Source of the DNA: a virus
DNA length: 56,045 nt
Virus record (IMG/VR): IMGVR_UViG_3300045988_061467
Location: 1 to 56,045 of that record
Direction: 5' to 3' (one strand)
Position 1 is the first letter of the stretch, and each line of letters opens with the position of its first letter. Below, piece after piece: positions 1 through 9,898 of the stretch. Under the pieces are notes generated by a model that was not told the DNA's origin, made no database searches, and saw only the letters and a program-made list of their open reading frames with translations. Both the position numbers and the translations under genes were made by a program.

Positions 1-26
1 AAACCGCCAGCAAACGCCAGCGGTTC
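1..26 (-). terminator. Putative late-operon terminator hairpin downstream of the lysin gene
   Basis: In the minus-strand RNA, AACCGCUGGC-GUUU-GCUGGCGGUU forms a 10-bp stem with two G-U pairs, so it pairs well only in the minus-strand transcript. It lies ~35 nt after the lysin stop. The trailing U-tract is short (UUU). Confidence 0.45.
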
Positions 27-55
27 ATAGGTATAATTAATTTGTCTTTCTATTT
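1..55. repeat. Terminal direct repeat, copy 1 (identical to 55991..56045); assembly overlap of a circular or circularly permuted genome
   Basis: Read directly: bases 1-55 (aaaccgccagcaaacgccagcggttcataggtataattaatttgtctttctattt) recur letter for letter as the last 55 bases of the window. Confidence 0.95.
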
Positions 56-60
56 ATATT

Positions 61-954
61 TTATTTATCTGTGATAGTAATTAAACCATCAGGTTCAACT
101 GTGAATGCTGGTTTTTCATCCAAGCGACCATCAGGAAGAAGTAGGTACCAACCGTCATTGTACTTAATAAAGGTATCGGACTTCATGTCACCATTGACTG
201 CGTCACAGTAATACCAATTATCATAATACTTGATCCAGCCTTTCTGCATAGATCCGTCGCGATTGAAGTAGTACCATTTATCAGCGATTTTCTTCCAAGA
301 CGTAGCCATATAGCCGTCTTTGTCAAACCAATACCAATTTCCATCAGTATGCTTCAACCATTTGTCAGCGTACATATAGCCTGACTCATCGAAGTAGAAC
401 CATGATTTGTTTTCTTCGATATATTCGAACTGTCCTTTTGGATAAGTTCCATTAGTTCGAGCGTACCAGAATCCGTCATCATCTTTTTGCCATCCACGTT
501 TAGGTTCAACTGGTTTCGCATTTGCGTTAGTTAAACGATAAACATAGAAATAAGGACGACCTGCAGCTAGCCAGCGCTCATCGTGATCATTTATGGTGAT
601 ACCGTTATATGCGTAGTTACAGTGAATGATATTGTCACTGTCTACAAACATACCTGTATGACCGCCCGCTCCTGCAGAATATCCACGGCGTCCCCAAATG
701 AAGATGTCGCCACGTTTAGCATCCCATGGAGTATTTTCCGAAATAAGTTCGAATCCGTTATTAAGAAGCCAGTCATGTTCGTATTCAGTATTTACTGCCC
801 ATCCAGCAGATACTGCTCCACCTGAGCGTAGAGCGTAGTAGATAGATGAAGAACAGTCATATCCGTCAGTACCGTCACGGTAATCCATACTATAATACAC
901 TTTTCCTTTTCGGGCTTGCATCCAAGCAATAGCGTTTTCAATATTTACTGCCAT
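61..954 (-). CDS. pal: Endolysin, Pal-like: N-terminal amidase_5-type N-acetylmuramoyl-L-alanine amidase plus C-terminal choline-binding repeats
   Basis: 297-aa ORF. The C-terminal half is tandem ~20-aa aromatic repeats ([73 protein letters not shown]) typical of pneumococcal choline-binding modules. The N-terminal half is recalled as closely resembling Dp-1 Pal. It is the last gene of the late operon. Confidence 0.85.
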   Translation of the reverse strand: MAVNIENAIAWMQARKGKVYYSMDYRDGTDGYDCSSSIYYALRSGGAVSAGWAVNTEYEHDWLLNNGFELISENTPWDAKRGDIFIWGRRGYSAGAGGHTGMFVDSDNIIHCNYAYNGITINDHDERWLAAGRPYFYVYRLTNANAKPVEPKRGWQKDDDGFWYARTNGTYPKGQFEYIEENKSWFYFDESGYMYADKWLKHTDGNWYWFDKDGYMATSWKKIADKWYYFNRDGSMQKGWIKYYDNWYYCDAVNGDMKSDTFIKYNDGWYLLLPDGRLDEKPAFTVEPDGLITITDK

Positions 955-956
955 AT

Positions 957-1472
957 TTAATTACCTCCGGCTTCTTTCTTAAAGTCATTCGGGTTGAGGT
1001 GAACGACGTCTTGCCACTTTAAAATTTCTACGATCCCGTTCCTGTGGTATTCTGAGAACATTTTGTAGATATCTTCAGTTCCTTTAGGGATTGTAAGTGG
1101 CTTATTTATAGTAACCATAGCATAGTCACCTTCCCAGCCCTCAGCTTCGTAATTTGGAATTTGAAGTTTGAGTTGTTGACCAGGGAAATATGACTTACCA
1201 ATTTCACCTTCTTCAAGGTATTGGATAAGAGTTGCAAATTGGTTATCATAAATAAATGGAGAGCGCAAGTTGACATCTAACAAAGTAGACATCAACGTGT
1301 GATCATTACGGTGTTGAAGATCTTGAATAAGATACTTACCAATTTCTTCGTCAGTTTGTTGCTTCATATCTTCTGTTAAGACATAAGGATATTCGTAGCG
1401 GAAATATGGATTGTTATCCACAACTGCTACTTTAATCCCTTCTTCATCTTCGAAGCGTTCTAGTTTAAACAT
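957..1472 (-). CDS. Hypothetical protein (171 aa) between the collagen-like fibre and the lysin
   Basis: Tightly packed ORF whose stop lies 3 nt before the lysin ATG. No TM segment and no recognisable motif. Confidence 0.6.
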   Translation of the reverse strand: MFKLERFEDEEGIKVAVVDNNPYFRYEYPYVLTEDMKQQTDEEIGKYLIQDLQHRNDHTLMSTLLDVNLRSPFIYDNQFATLIQYLEEGEIGKSYFPGQQLKLQIPNYEAEGWEGDYAMVTINKPLTIPKGTEDIYKMFSEYHRNGIVEILKWQDVVHLNPNDFKKEAGGN

Positions 1473-1489
1473 AAATTAAACTCCTTTCA

Positions 1490-3397
1490 TTATGGTAAAA
1501 CGCCAGGCCAAGGTTCATTTGTTAGGTAAGAGATTGAACTTACACGGATATCTCCGATATCTCTATTAGTTGGTACAGGGTCTGTAAACTGGAAGCGTAG
1601 CATATGGCTATCTCCATTACCTCCGAGATACCATGTACCATAGGACACACCTTTATCATTATAAATGTTTCCTATTAAAGACCCTTCAGAACGAAAACCG
1701 ACAGGGACTCCGCCTAAAGGTAAAATGTAACAATTTTTTTCTCTATCGCTACCCTGAGCGCTATATCCTTCACCATCTCGACGAACGATACCAAACCAAC
1801 CCCAAGAAAGACCACCAAATTGGTAAGTAACTAAATCATTTTTTCGTCTAATTTTCAAGAATGAGTTTCCGAGTTTAGATTTAACATTTTTTAAAGTTAT
1901 CCAACCTGTGTCACCAGTCAAGACTTCCCAGCCTTGAGCGTCATTTCCACGGCGTTTTATCCACTTGAAAGCGCCATTTGTTGCGTTGGTATCGACATAA
2001 GTCGTGCCGACTGGTGCTGTGACTCTTCCATTTGGCATACCAGTACCGCGGATTTCATATTCATTAGCCGGTGCTGTGGCAGACGACTGACTTGGTAGGG
2101 TTACACTTCCACCACCGTCAGATAAGGTAAGTATGTTTCCGGCTAAAGATAGCTTTTGAGGAATACCTACACCGTCACGTCCGTTTTCGCCTTTTGGTCC
2201 AGTCAACCCGATTGGTCCTTGTGGTCCAGCAGGTCCTACATCACCTTTTGGTCCCGGTTCTCCTCTTTGACCGTCTTCACCTTTAGGTCCAGGTTGACCG
2301 TCTTGACCTCGTTCACCTTGCGGTCCTGGAGGCCCCATAGGTCCAGTCTGTCCGATTGGTCCGGGTTCACCTCGTTCACCTTTTTGTCCGTCTTGTCCAC
2401 GTTCTCCAGGTAGACCTTGTAAACCTTGAGGACCGGTAGGTCCAATAGGTCCTTGTAAGCCGTCATCTCCTTTTGGACCTGCGTCTCCTTTAGGCCCAAT
2501 AGGTCCTTGAATACCTTGTAAACCTTGCTGACCGGTTTCCCCTCGGGGTCCTTGTTCGCCAGTCAATCCTTGCGGTCCTTGTGGTCCGATTGGTCCACGT
2601 TCGCCAGTTTCTCCTTTAGGCCCTGGCTGACCAGTAGGTCCTTGTGGACCAGGAGGCCCTTGCAGACCTTGGAGCCCGTCAGCTCCTTTAGGTCCGGTAT
2701 CACCTTGAGGACCACGCTCTCCAGAGTCCCCCTTAGGTCCTGGTGGACCAATAGGACCTTGAGGACCTGTTTCTCCTGGTACACCTTGAGGACCTGGTTC
2801 ACCACGGTCGCCCTTCGGTCCAGGGGTGAGTGAAATGTTTCGGAGCTCTTCCTTGGTAGCAAGATGACTCGTGTCCGGTTCAGGTCTGGCTTCTAATAAA
2901 GCTAGCCGTTTTAAGACTTCCGAATCGTCATACGTTGCGCCTTCGACATGAATATTCTTAATAGCTTCTGCTAGTTCAGCTTTTGTTACAATATCAGTCA
3001 AGGCTACAATGCGCTTAGTTTCCTTTTCAATAACAGGAGCACCGTCGAGCTTGTCAATTTGTGATACACGAACACCGAACGAGAATCTAAATACGTCAGC
3101 AGATTGTAAGTCCTTTTCAGCGTAGACAAAACCTGTGACAATTTCATCAGTAGTGATCATTGATGTATCAAAAGGAATAGACGCGATATTATGTTCAACT
3201 GTTCCAGCGACTTCTAAAAATCTATTAGTTGTCTTAAAGTGGAACAAGACTATCACTTTACTAGCTTCGACATTATTTAATGTCAGTTCAATAAATGCGT
3301 TACCTTTGTCGTGAGAGTAAAATTCTTCTCTTACTCTATCCACCGTATCTCGAACACAACTACCAATGGTCGTGTCTCGTTTTATAACTTTTTTCAA
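1490..3397 (-). CDS. Collagen-like tail fibre / host-recognition protein (635 aa)
   Basis: Residues 193-411 are an uninterrupted G-X-Y tract flanked by globular N- and C-terminal domains. The RBS GGAGG lies upstream of the ATG at 3397. Confidence 0.7.
   Translation of the reverse strand: MKKVIKRDTTIGSCVRDTVDRVREEFYSHDKGNAFIELTLNNVEASKVIVLFHFKTTNRFLEVAGTVEHNIASIPFDTSMITTDEIVTGFVYAEKDLQSADVFRFSFGVRVSQIDKLDGAPVIEKETKRIVALTDIVTKAELAEAIKNIHVEGATYDDSEVLKRLALLEARPEPDTSHLATKEELRNISLTPGPKGDRGEPGPQGVPGETGPQGPIGPPGPKGDSGERGPQGDTGPKGADGLQGLQGPPGPQGPTGQPGPKGETGERGPIGPQGPQGLTGEQGPRGETGQQGLQGIQGPIGPKGDAGPKGDDGLQGPIGPTGPQGLQGLPGERGQDGQKGERGEPGPIGQTGPMGPPGPQGERGQDGQPGPKGEDGQRGEPGPKGDVGPAGPQGPIGLTGPKGENGRDGVGIPQKLSLAGNILTLSDGGGSVTLPSQSSATAPANEYEIRGTGMPNGRVTAPVGTTYVDTNATNGAFKWIKRRGNDAQGWEVLTGDTGWITLKNVKSKLGNSFLKIRRKNDLVTYQFGGLSWGWFGIVRRDGEGYSAQGSDREKNCYILPLGGVPVGFRSEGSLIGNIYNDKGVSYGTWYLGGNGDSHMLRFQFTDPVPTNRDIGDIRVSSISYLTNEPWPGVLP
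2165..2821 (-). repeat. Collagen triplet-repeat tract (~73 consecutive G-X-Y codon triplets) inside the fibre gene
   Basis: Translation reads [22 protein letters not shown]...GENGRDGVG without interruption. The repeat also creates spurious long ORFs in other frames and on the opposite strand. Confidence 0.9.
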
Positions 3398-3414
3398 ATT
3401 CTAACCTCCCTTCT

Positions 3415-3448
3415 AATAAAGAATAAAGAGAACCCAGAAGGTTCTCTT
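3415..3448 (-). terminator. Hairpin plus U-rich tail just after the holin gene (attenuator or terminator within the late operon)
   Basis: 9-bp stem aagagaacc (3426-3434) / ggttctctt (3440-3448) with a 5-nt loop. On the minus-strand RNA it is followed by UAUUCUUUAUU. Confidence 0.5.
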
Positions 3449-3451
3449 GGG

Positions 3452-3784
3452 CTATTCTTTAGTCCAGGCGTCATTCATCTGCTTGACAGCTGATTCGACG
3501 AATGTATCAAGGTCTTGATCCGTCATATGAATATTATACTTAGTTAGTTCTTCACGGATTTTAGTTCGCGCCTGTTCTAGTTTATCCTGACCTTTATAGC
3601 CGGTCTGAGTTGATACTTGTTCAACTGCGTTAACTGCATTTCGAGCTAAAATCTCAACGATTTTAACAGTCTGCTCTCCGCCCTTTTTCACTAGATATTC
3701 CTTAATTGATTTAACGGCAATTCCAGCTAAAAGGACGAAAATGCTAATCGCCGTGTTGATGATAATTTCGTTAATTTGTTCCAT
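3452..3784 (-). CDS. Holin, LL-H-type (110 aa)
   Basis: Single N-terminal TM (IIINTAISIFVLLAGIAV) followed by a charged helical tail (AVNAVEQVSTQTGYKGQDKLEQA) that resembles the Holin_LLH family layout. It sits in the lysis region. Confidence 0.65.
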   Translation of the reverse strand: MEQINEIIINTAISIFVLLAGIAVKSIKEYLVKKGGEQTVKIVEILARNAVNAVEQVSTQTGYKGQDKLEQARTKIREELTKYNIHMTDQDLDTFVESAVKQMNDAWTKE

Positions 3785-3787
3785 AGT

Positions 3788-4219
3788 CTATTCTCCCATA
3801 TTATTATCGTATTCCTCTTTAATAGGAATTTCTTTGTACTTATCGAATAACGTTTCGACCTCTCCGTTACCTCCAAGGTTCTTATAACTTTCGAACAAAA
3901 TAGATAACTCTCTAAAATGGTCAATAGTTGTATAGCCTTTCATAATCTCGTATTTAAGGTCATGATATAGACGATAGCGTTGAATCTTTCTAGTACCGTC
4001 TTGTATAACGTCATTTTGATGATTGATGTCTGCGGTTGTACGATCAATACCATCTACTTGATCTTTAAGAGTAGATAACGTAGTCGAGATACCCTTTAAG
4101 ACTTTTTTATTTTCAGCGGACTTCCACTCAAATAACTTATTCAGTAAGATAGTAAGAATCCCACTAAAAGCTGTAATAATTGTAGTTAGGACCGCCGTAT
4201 CTTTCAACCATAGTGGCAT
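3788..4219 (-). CDS. Membrane-anchored protein (143 aa), possible second holin or lysis accessory
   Basis: N-terminal TM (AVLTTIITAFSGILTILLNKLF) followed by a coiled-coil-like region. It is adjacent to the holin. Confidence 0.35.
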   Translation of the reverse strand: MPLWLKDTAVLTTIITAFSGILTILLNKLFEWKSAENKKVLKGISTTLSTLKDQVDGIDRTTADINHQNDVIQDGTRKIQRYRLYHDLKYEIMKGYTTIDHFRELSILFESYKNLGGNGEVETLFDKYKEIPIKEEYDNNMGE

Positions 4220-4232
4220 ATCCTAGCTCCTC

Positions 4233-4511
4233 CTATCCAGTTTGTTTATTAGAGTCTTCTTTGTTTAACTCTTCTAGAATTTCGTCTTCAATTTCGTACC
4301 GAGTTTGTTGAAGTTTTTGCTCGTCGGTTCGAAGTTCTCTACGATGACTAGCATAAAGATCTGGGTCATGTAGGGTCTCGGAAACTGTCGAAACGGCGTT
4401 GGCATTGGTGTTAATAATTGTAGTTTTAACAAGTCTCTTTTCACCCTCATGGGTAACTGAGAACTCTGCTACAATTTGTCGTGATTTGTTAAGTTCCAGC
4501 ATCATAATCAC
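4233..4511 (-). CDS. Hypothetical protein (92 aa)
   Basis: ORF with GGAGG RBS upstream, lying in the tail/lysis junction. Confidence 0.55.
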   Translation of the reverse strand: MIMMLELNKSRQIVAEFSVTHEGEKRLVKTTIINTNANAVSTVSETLHDPDLYASHRRELRTDEQKLQQTRYEIEDEILEELNKEDSNKQTG

Positions 4512-4551
4512 CTCCTTTCTAATAATTATTATAACATTTTTTAAATGCTTA

Positions 4552-6636
4552 TTAAATAACGAATGAAATATTATCTAAGTTCAACCATTTATTATCTACA
4601 TTGGACTTCACTACTAACCTACCGTCTGTGTTTAGTCCAAGGATCGCTAAACCGAAGTCATTATTTAAGGCTTGTAGGTATATCAGTTTTGAAGGTCGAA
4701 ACTCCGGATCAAGGACAGCAATAACAGTTTCTTTTTCAGTACCACCTTTCCAAATATTACCTTTTAGATACACTACACCTTCCATCGTCTTACAAATATA
4801 GGCGTCACCATAAGAAGAATAATGATTCCATCCACCTTGTAGCACTATCTTTCGCCAAGTTGGACGAGTAATGTCGTCCTTGAACATAAACTCTTTCCAC
4901 GGTTTTGGATTAAATCTACTAGTACTATCAGAAGTTCTAAGAAATGTACGTCCGGTAGACATTGATGTAAAAATCTGAACTATTTTCCAGCTATCGACCC
5001 AAAAGTTCCGAAGGAGTCCCCAATGACCGCCTTGACCTGTAGGATTGTCTGCGTACCTACCATTTCTCCATCCAAACTCAGTTCTCTGTAAGTCCCAAGG
5101 AGCGTCCCCCTGAGCTGATCCTCTACCTACACTTCCATCCGGATTTGTTATTGGGAAGTGCTGAATAGGATTTCCATTTACTAAGACTTGACCTTTAGCA
5201 TTAAGGTTACCGTTTGCATAGATGTCACCTTTTGCGTCAATTGAACCCGGTTTTCCTTGCTCTACAATCTTACCGACTCCTAAACGTCCATCCTTATCGT
5301 AATGAAGAATTACCGACTCAGTAGCTGCAGTTGCTACAAACTCAGTAGAAGTAAATCGATCTTCTATTTTAGCCTTTACGACATACGACTTATCTGGTGG
5401 ATAATTACCTGTCAAGTTAGCAGAAGAGTTAGTTAGTAAGGAAAGGGTAGTAAAGGTAGCTGATGCTTCTCCTCTATCTTCCACAAAGTTAGTAGAGTTC
5501 AGCGGTGCTACTGAGAATGTAATCTTCATGAAATTCTTCTGACTACCGTTTATAACGACAGGAGCAATTTTAGCATTTCTTAGTACCTGCAATGTAGATG
5601 GATTCTGTCTTGTACGCTGTACTGAAAAATTGATAGAAGGTCCATAATACTCTACAACTTTGATAGGTACCTCTTCTACCACAGATTTAATTCCTCGGGT
5701 GTCCTCTACCCAAGCTCTTACAGTAGCAGGCCCATTAAAGTTCATGATCCCTAATTTACCGCCGTTTTCATTGACCACTTGATTCTTGCCTACAATTTCA
5801 GCGTGAAAGGTCTGTATAGTAGATCCATAAATCCCGCTAGCATTGCCAAAATTGACTTGAATATTGGACAAGATTTGAAGAAATTCGTTTCCTGCTAAAA
5901 CTGAACGTGTAGAAGTGGTAGTGTCTATTAAGGAAATTCCTGACAATATAGGTCTAACAGTATCAGGAATATTAAAAGCCCAACCATTAGAATATAGGTC
6001 ACTTCCTACCTGAGTGCTTCCGTTATATGTTCGAATACAGATATCTAACGTTCCTGAACGAGATTTAGGTAACCTTCTAGCTAAATCTAGGGAAGGAGTG
6101 AACGTTACTCTAGATCTATAATTTTTACCTAAATCTATCCAGTCACTACCGAAAACTCTATACCATACTTGGTGAGTGAACGAATCTCCTTTCCTATTTA
6201 GAACAATGGTATGAGGGCTACCTAAATTTCGATCTCCTTCGAATGCTAGAATACCACTAGACCTAGGTATATTGTTCAATGTATACTTATTGGAAATAGT
6301 AATATTTCCATGAAACCCGCTATTAGGGTCAAATGAAGCCCAAACGTCTATAGTCTTAGTTCCGTCGCTGTCATGAGGAACAGTGATTTCTCCACTAGCG
6401 AGAGTGAATTCTTCTCCACTAGTTTCAAAATCAAGATAGCTATCATATACATAAGCATTATTCAACCATACTTTTAAACGACTAATCTTTCCATAGGTAA
6501 GGGTTCTAACTGATCCTTCACGGTCTAAAGTAGCACGCCACTTGACTTTTGAAGAGTTACTAGTAACGTCCTGACTGACTTGATCTACGTAAAGATGCAA
6601 GTAAAGAAACCCAGATGAGTTGCTATAGTGTGTCAT
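4552..6636 (-). CDS. Tail fibre / receptor-binding structural protein (DUF859-like N-terminus), 694 aa from the ATG at 6636
   Basis: The N-terminus (FLYLHLYVDQVSQDVTSNSSKVKWRATL) resembles the siphovirus DUF859 family. I prefer the ATG at 6636 (AAGGAGG, 5-nt spacer) over the track start 6657, because 6657 would overlap the upstream stop at 6647. Confidence 0.5.
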   Translation of the reverse strand: MTHYSNSSGFLYLHLYVDQVSQDVTSNSSKVKWRATLDREGSVRTLTYGKISRLKVWLNNAYVYDSYLDFETSGEEFTLASGEITVPHDSDGTKTIDVWASFDPNSGFHGNITISNKYTLNNIPRSSGILAFEGDRNLGSPHTIVLNRKGDSFTHQVWYRVFGSDWIDLGKNYRSRVTFTPSLDLARRLPKSRSGTLDICIRTYNGSTQVGSDLYSNGWAFNIPDTVRPILSGISLIDTTTSTRSVLAGNEFLQILSNIQVNFGNASGIYGSTIQTFHAEIVGKNQVVNENGGKLGIMNFNGPATVRAWVEDTRGIKSVVEEVPIKVVEYYGPSINFSVQRTRQNPSTLQVLRNAKIAPVVINGSQKNFMKITFSVAPLNSTNFVEDRGEASATFTTLSLLTNSSANLTGNYPPDKSYVVKAKIEDRFTSTEFVATAATESVILHYDKDGRLGVGKIVEQGKPGSIDAKGDIYANGNLNAKGQVLVNGNPIQHFPITNPDGSVGRGSAQGDAPWDLQRTEFGWRNGRYADNPTGQGGHWGLLRNFWVDSWKIVQIFTSMSTGRTFLRTSDSTSRFNPKPWKEFMFKDDITRPTWRKIVLQGGWNHYSSYGDAYICKTMEGVVYLKGNIWKGGTEKETVIAVLDPEFRPSKLIYLQALNNDFGLAILGLNTDGRLVVKSNVDNKWLNLDNISFVI

Positions 6637-6646
6637 TTCTTCCTCC

Positions 6647-9600
6647 TTATCCCACATACCGGATCACGTTCATGTCCGGATTAAATGAATATTGTTCAGT
6701 TCTAAAACGTCCGACTTGTATAGACTGAGTAAAGATCCCGTTATCGATATGAATGACCCCTTGTGTAAGGTACATGACTTCCTTACCTGCGGAGAACATA
6801 GAGATTCGGTCACTTGATACCTTAATGGTAGAGCTACCGTCATTCTTACCAATAATCAATCCCTCATTAGATGAACTCATGTAACTATCTACGAATTTTT
6901 TCAGTTCTCGTAGACCGCCAAGTTCTTGAATAGTGGATTCAATTCGACTAGCTGCTAAGATAAGGTCGGCTTCTGATTGTTTAATAGCGTCCTCGTTAGC
7001 TTTTATTCGACCATTATAAGCCTTTTCTAAATCACTTAGCTGTTCCATAGTAGCCTTAGCCTTTAACTCCACTTCATGCAATTGAGCCTTTTCAGTTAAG
7101 GCTGCCAACTGAGCTGCTGTGAGCTTATGGTCAGCTTTTGCTTTAACCATTGCCTGAATATCGTCATCCGATAGTTTAAAATCGGAAGGAACATTACCTA
7201 TCTCTAACTGAGCATTAGTGACATAAAGATCCGCTATCGCATTGTACCCTACAAATATCATTACATTAAGGTAGTCGAACGGAGTTTTAGCCTTAGTGGC
7301 TAATGCGAACCTTGAGTAAGAATCAGTAATATCTAAAGCAGAAATGTCTAGAAACGTCTGGTCAGCAATTTTACCCTTATGTATAAAGTGAATCCCTAAA
7401 TGAGCTGATTGAGGTATATCATTTTTAGCAAAGTAGGCCGAAAGCACCAACGGAGTACCCGCCTCTCCAGGTAACTGCACTACTTGTTGAAGACCTGTCC
7501 ACTGAGGGATAATAGCTTTATCTCTACTATACATACGAACACCGGGAAGTTTTTTATTTAATTTAGATTGCTCGTAATTATAGACAAGAGGTTGAGCATA
7601 ACTTAATGACCAAGCACCTGAGTCTAAAGTGAAGTTACCATTTTTAATATAGTTTCGTCCGCCTATTTCTACAGTACCTATTCTGTCGTACCAAGTATAC
7701 CTTGTAGGGTCCTTACTATCCGTCGGTACAAAGTCTGTATAATACCCCATATATTTTTGGTTACGATCGATTAAACTAAATTCAGTTCGACCGTCTGCAC
7801 TAGCTGCGTATGCTATATGGAAATATGACGTCTTACCGTCAGCACCAGGCTTTCCTGGTATCCCTTGCGCACCGTCACTACCCTTCCATTTCGTCCAACG
7901 ATAAGCTGCTGGATCCTTAGAATGTTCAGGGCTAAAATCCTGATACTGTCCAATATACGCTCGACCTTGATCTGTATGACTAAATCCTTCACCGTTAGGA
8001 CTATCTGAAAACGCGATATGGGTATATTGAGACTTTCCGTCTTTACCCGGCGCTCCTGCAATACCTCGTTCACCTTGAGGACCTTGTAGTCCAGAAATCC
8101 CACGAGGACCTGGTTCCCCCTTAGGACCTTGTTCTCCTATACGAGCTACAGAATAACCTGTCTCTGAACTTTTGTCCGTATAACGCCAGACAGTTCTTGT
8201 CCAAAGGTACTGACCTTGAGGGACGTTTGGTACCTGTGTAGACCACCCTGACGTTGGAGGTACTGTACCAGATCTATTACCTGCGTACATGATTTCAGTC
8301 GAAGCTATACCTACTCCGTCCTTACCTGCTATCCCATCTTTACCGGTATTACCGTCTTGAGGAATGTAGGCAACGGAGTAACCAGTTTCATGCGCCCCGT
8401 CAGTATAACGCCAAAATGTTCTAGTCCATAAGTAACGTCCTTTAATTAGTTCAGGAACTTGTTCACTCCAGCCACTATCAGGTTGACGAGTACCTGAAAC
8501 TGATATGGCGTAAGTAATAGAAGTATCAGCTATACCTACCCCGTTTTTACCAGGTACACCGTCCACCCCGTCACGTCCCGGAGTACCTGGATCACCTGCA
8601 GGTCCTTGTGGTCCTTGTAACCTTACCCAAGTGAAGTCATCTGGTACTAATTCCTTTTCACTCTTATTAGTATTAAGTACCCCAATATATTTACCGGACT
8701 CTGAGTTAAAATTAGTTCCTAAAATATCATCTGCGTACCTAATAGCTACGTGAGATTCAGTTTCTATTTCCCCGGATAGTACCCCGTCTCCATCCTCGTT
8801 CAGCAGGTCCATTAGATCCCGTCTAGGGTCTTGGAAAATAATAACTGACTGAGACAAGTCGTCGTAGTCAATTTTTCGAGAAGAAATTTTGCGCCATTCA
8901 ACAACATTATAATGATCATCAACAATCAACTGAGAATGATGTAGGTCTGGAACTTTGTCATAAAGTACAGCAGATGCTTCATACCCAATTAAAGGTCGAC
9001 AGTAGATGTCTAAATAGGCTCTAGCTGCGCTAAGTAAATGCTCTTTAATCTTATAACGCTCATCGCTTTTAGACTTAGCAATGTAACGAGGTCGCATTTG
9101 ACGTTCAGTAAACCATGAAACGTCAATTAGGTAGTCACTTCCATTATTGATAGAAGCGAATGTTAAAGGCTCCTGACTCCCCTCATCCTTCTTACCTGTC
9201 AACTTAAAGGCGGTGCAAAGGTTACGAGAGTCTTCTTGCCTAGTAACGTATTTCAAATTTTCTTCAACAACTAATGGAAATTCTACTTTGGTCTCTGTAT
9301 ATGGTTGTAGAAATACTACTGTTCGAACTATTCGAACTTCTTGCTCCAACACTTCTTCATAGCCGAAAGTGATCTCTAAATTGTACTGCTTTGCTAAATA
9401 GCGTAGATGCCATAGCATAGAGTTCTCATGAGCTGTGATACTTCGAACTTGTTTATTCGCTCCATCAGGTGGACATACAAGTCGAACCCACTTACCTGCG
9501 TCTTGGATAATTTCTTTCGCTACCTCTCCTACGGTAGTAGCTACACGCTTTATAGACTTTGGTAGTCCTTCAGCAAGTTCGTACCATAAGGCGTAGCAAG

Positions 9601-9886
9601 TAAACTTAGTAAGACCTTTAGCATCCTCCACGTCTTGGGCGTATTTAATACGGAACCATCTACCACCAAATCTAACAATATTTTCGACTTTTAAATGCTG
9701 ATAAATGGAAGATGTTTCAATACTTTCGAATGAGAATACTTCCTTACCTCTAGCACGGGTTACGATTTCATCGTCATACATTTTACTGAAGATTTCAACG
9801 CTGGCTCCGAGTAGATTATAGTTTTGATCGTAAACATAAACAATATCGTCCGGAATAGGACTCATTATTAAACCGTTATCTATCAT
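6647..9886 (-). CDS. Tail-associated protein Tal / phage minor structural protein (prophage tail endopeptidase-type N-terminus), 1079 aa
   Basis: It has the size and position expected after Dit. The central part carries collagen-like G-X-Y stretches and duplicated modules, and the C-terminus is coiled coil. Confidence 0.6.
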   Translation of the reverse strand: MIDNGLIMSPIPDDIVYVYDQNYNLLGASVEIFSKMYDDEIVTRARGKEVFSFESIETSSIYQHLKVENIVRFGGRWFRIKYAQDVEDAKGLTKFTCYALWYELAEGLPKSIKRVATTVGEVAKEIIQDAGKWVRLVCPPDGANKQVRSITAHENSMLWHLRYLAKQYNLEITFGYEEVLEQEVRIVRTVVFLQPYTETKVEFPLVVEENLKYVTRQEDSRNLCTAFKLTGKKDEGSQEPLTFASINNGSDYLIDVSWFTERQMRPRYIAKSKSDERYKIKEHLLSAARAYLDIYCRPLIGYEASAVLYDKVPDLHHSQLIVDDHYNVVEWRKISSRKIDYDDLSQSVIIFQDPRRDLMDLLNEDGDGVLSGEIETESHVAIRYADDILGTNFNSESGKYIGVLNTNKSEKELVPDDFTWVRLQGPQGPAGDPGTPGRDGVDGVPGKNGVGIADTSITYAISVSGTRQPDSGWSEQVPELIKGRYLWTRTFWRYTDGAHETGYSVAYIPQDGNTGKDGIAGKDGVGIASTEIMYAGNRSGTVPPTSGWSTQVPNVPQGQYLWTRTVWRYTDKSSETGYSVARIGEQGPKGEPGPRGISGLQGPQGERGIAGAPGKDGKSQYTHIAFSDSPNGEGFSHTDQGRAYIGQYQDFSPEHSKDPAAYRWTKWKGSDGAQGIPGKPGADGKTSYFHIAYAASADGRTEFSLIDRNQKYMGYYTDFVPTDSKDPTRYTWYDRIGTVEIGGRNYIKNGNFTLDSGAWSLSYAQPLVYNYEQSKLNKKLPGVRMYSRDKAIIPQWTGLQQVVQLPGEAGTPLVLSAYFAKNDIPQSAHLGIHFIHKGKIADQTFLDISALDITDSYSRFALATKAKTPFDYLNVMIFVGYNAIADLYVTNAQLEIGNVPSDFKLSDDDIQAMVKAKADHKLTAAQLAALTEKAQLHEVELKAKATMEQLSDLEKAYNGRIKANEDAIKQSEADLILAASRIESTIQELGGLRELKKFVDSYMSSSNEGLIIGKNDGSSTIKVSSDRISMFSAGKEVMYLTQGVIHIDNGIFTQSIQVGRFRTEQYSFNPDMNVIRYVG
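7680..8614 (-). repeat. Internal modular duplications in Tal: two pairs of ~55-60-aa modules separated by short collagen-like linkers
   Basis: Pair A: GIADTSITYAISVSGTRQPDSGWSEQVPELIKGRYLWTRTFWRYTDGAHETGYSVAY versus GIASTEIMYAGNRSGTVPPTSGWSTQVPNVPQGQYLWTRTVWRYTDKSSETGYSVAR. Pair B: SQYTHIAFSDSPNGEGF...YRWTKW versus TSYFHIAYAASADGRTEF...YTWYDR. The linkers read like GPQGPAGDPGTPGRDG. Confidence 0.8.
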
Positions 9887-9898
9887 GAAATTTCCTCT

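Noticed and set aside
2156-2862. Four 85-102-aa ORFs on both strands inside the collagen-like tract
   Set aside because: They are alternative-frame readings of the G-X-Y codon repeat (Ser/Leu/Trp/Arg-rich or Lys/Val/Leu-rich nonsense) and lie fully inside a well-supported 635-aa gene.
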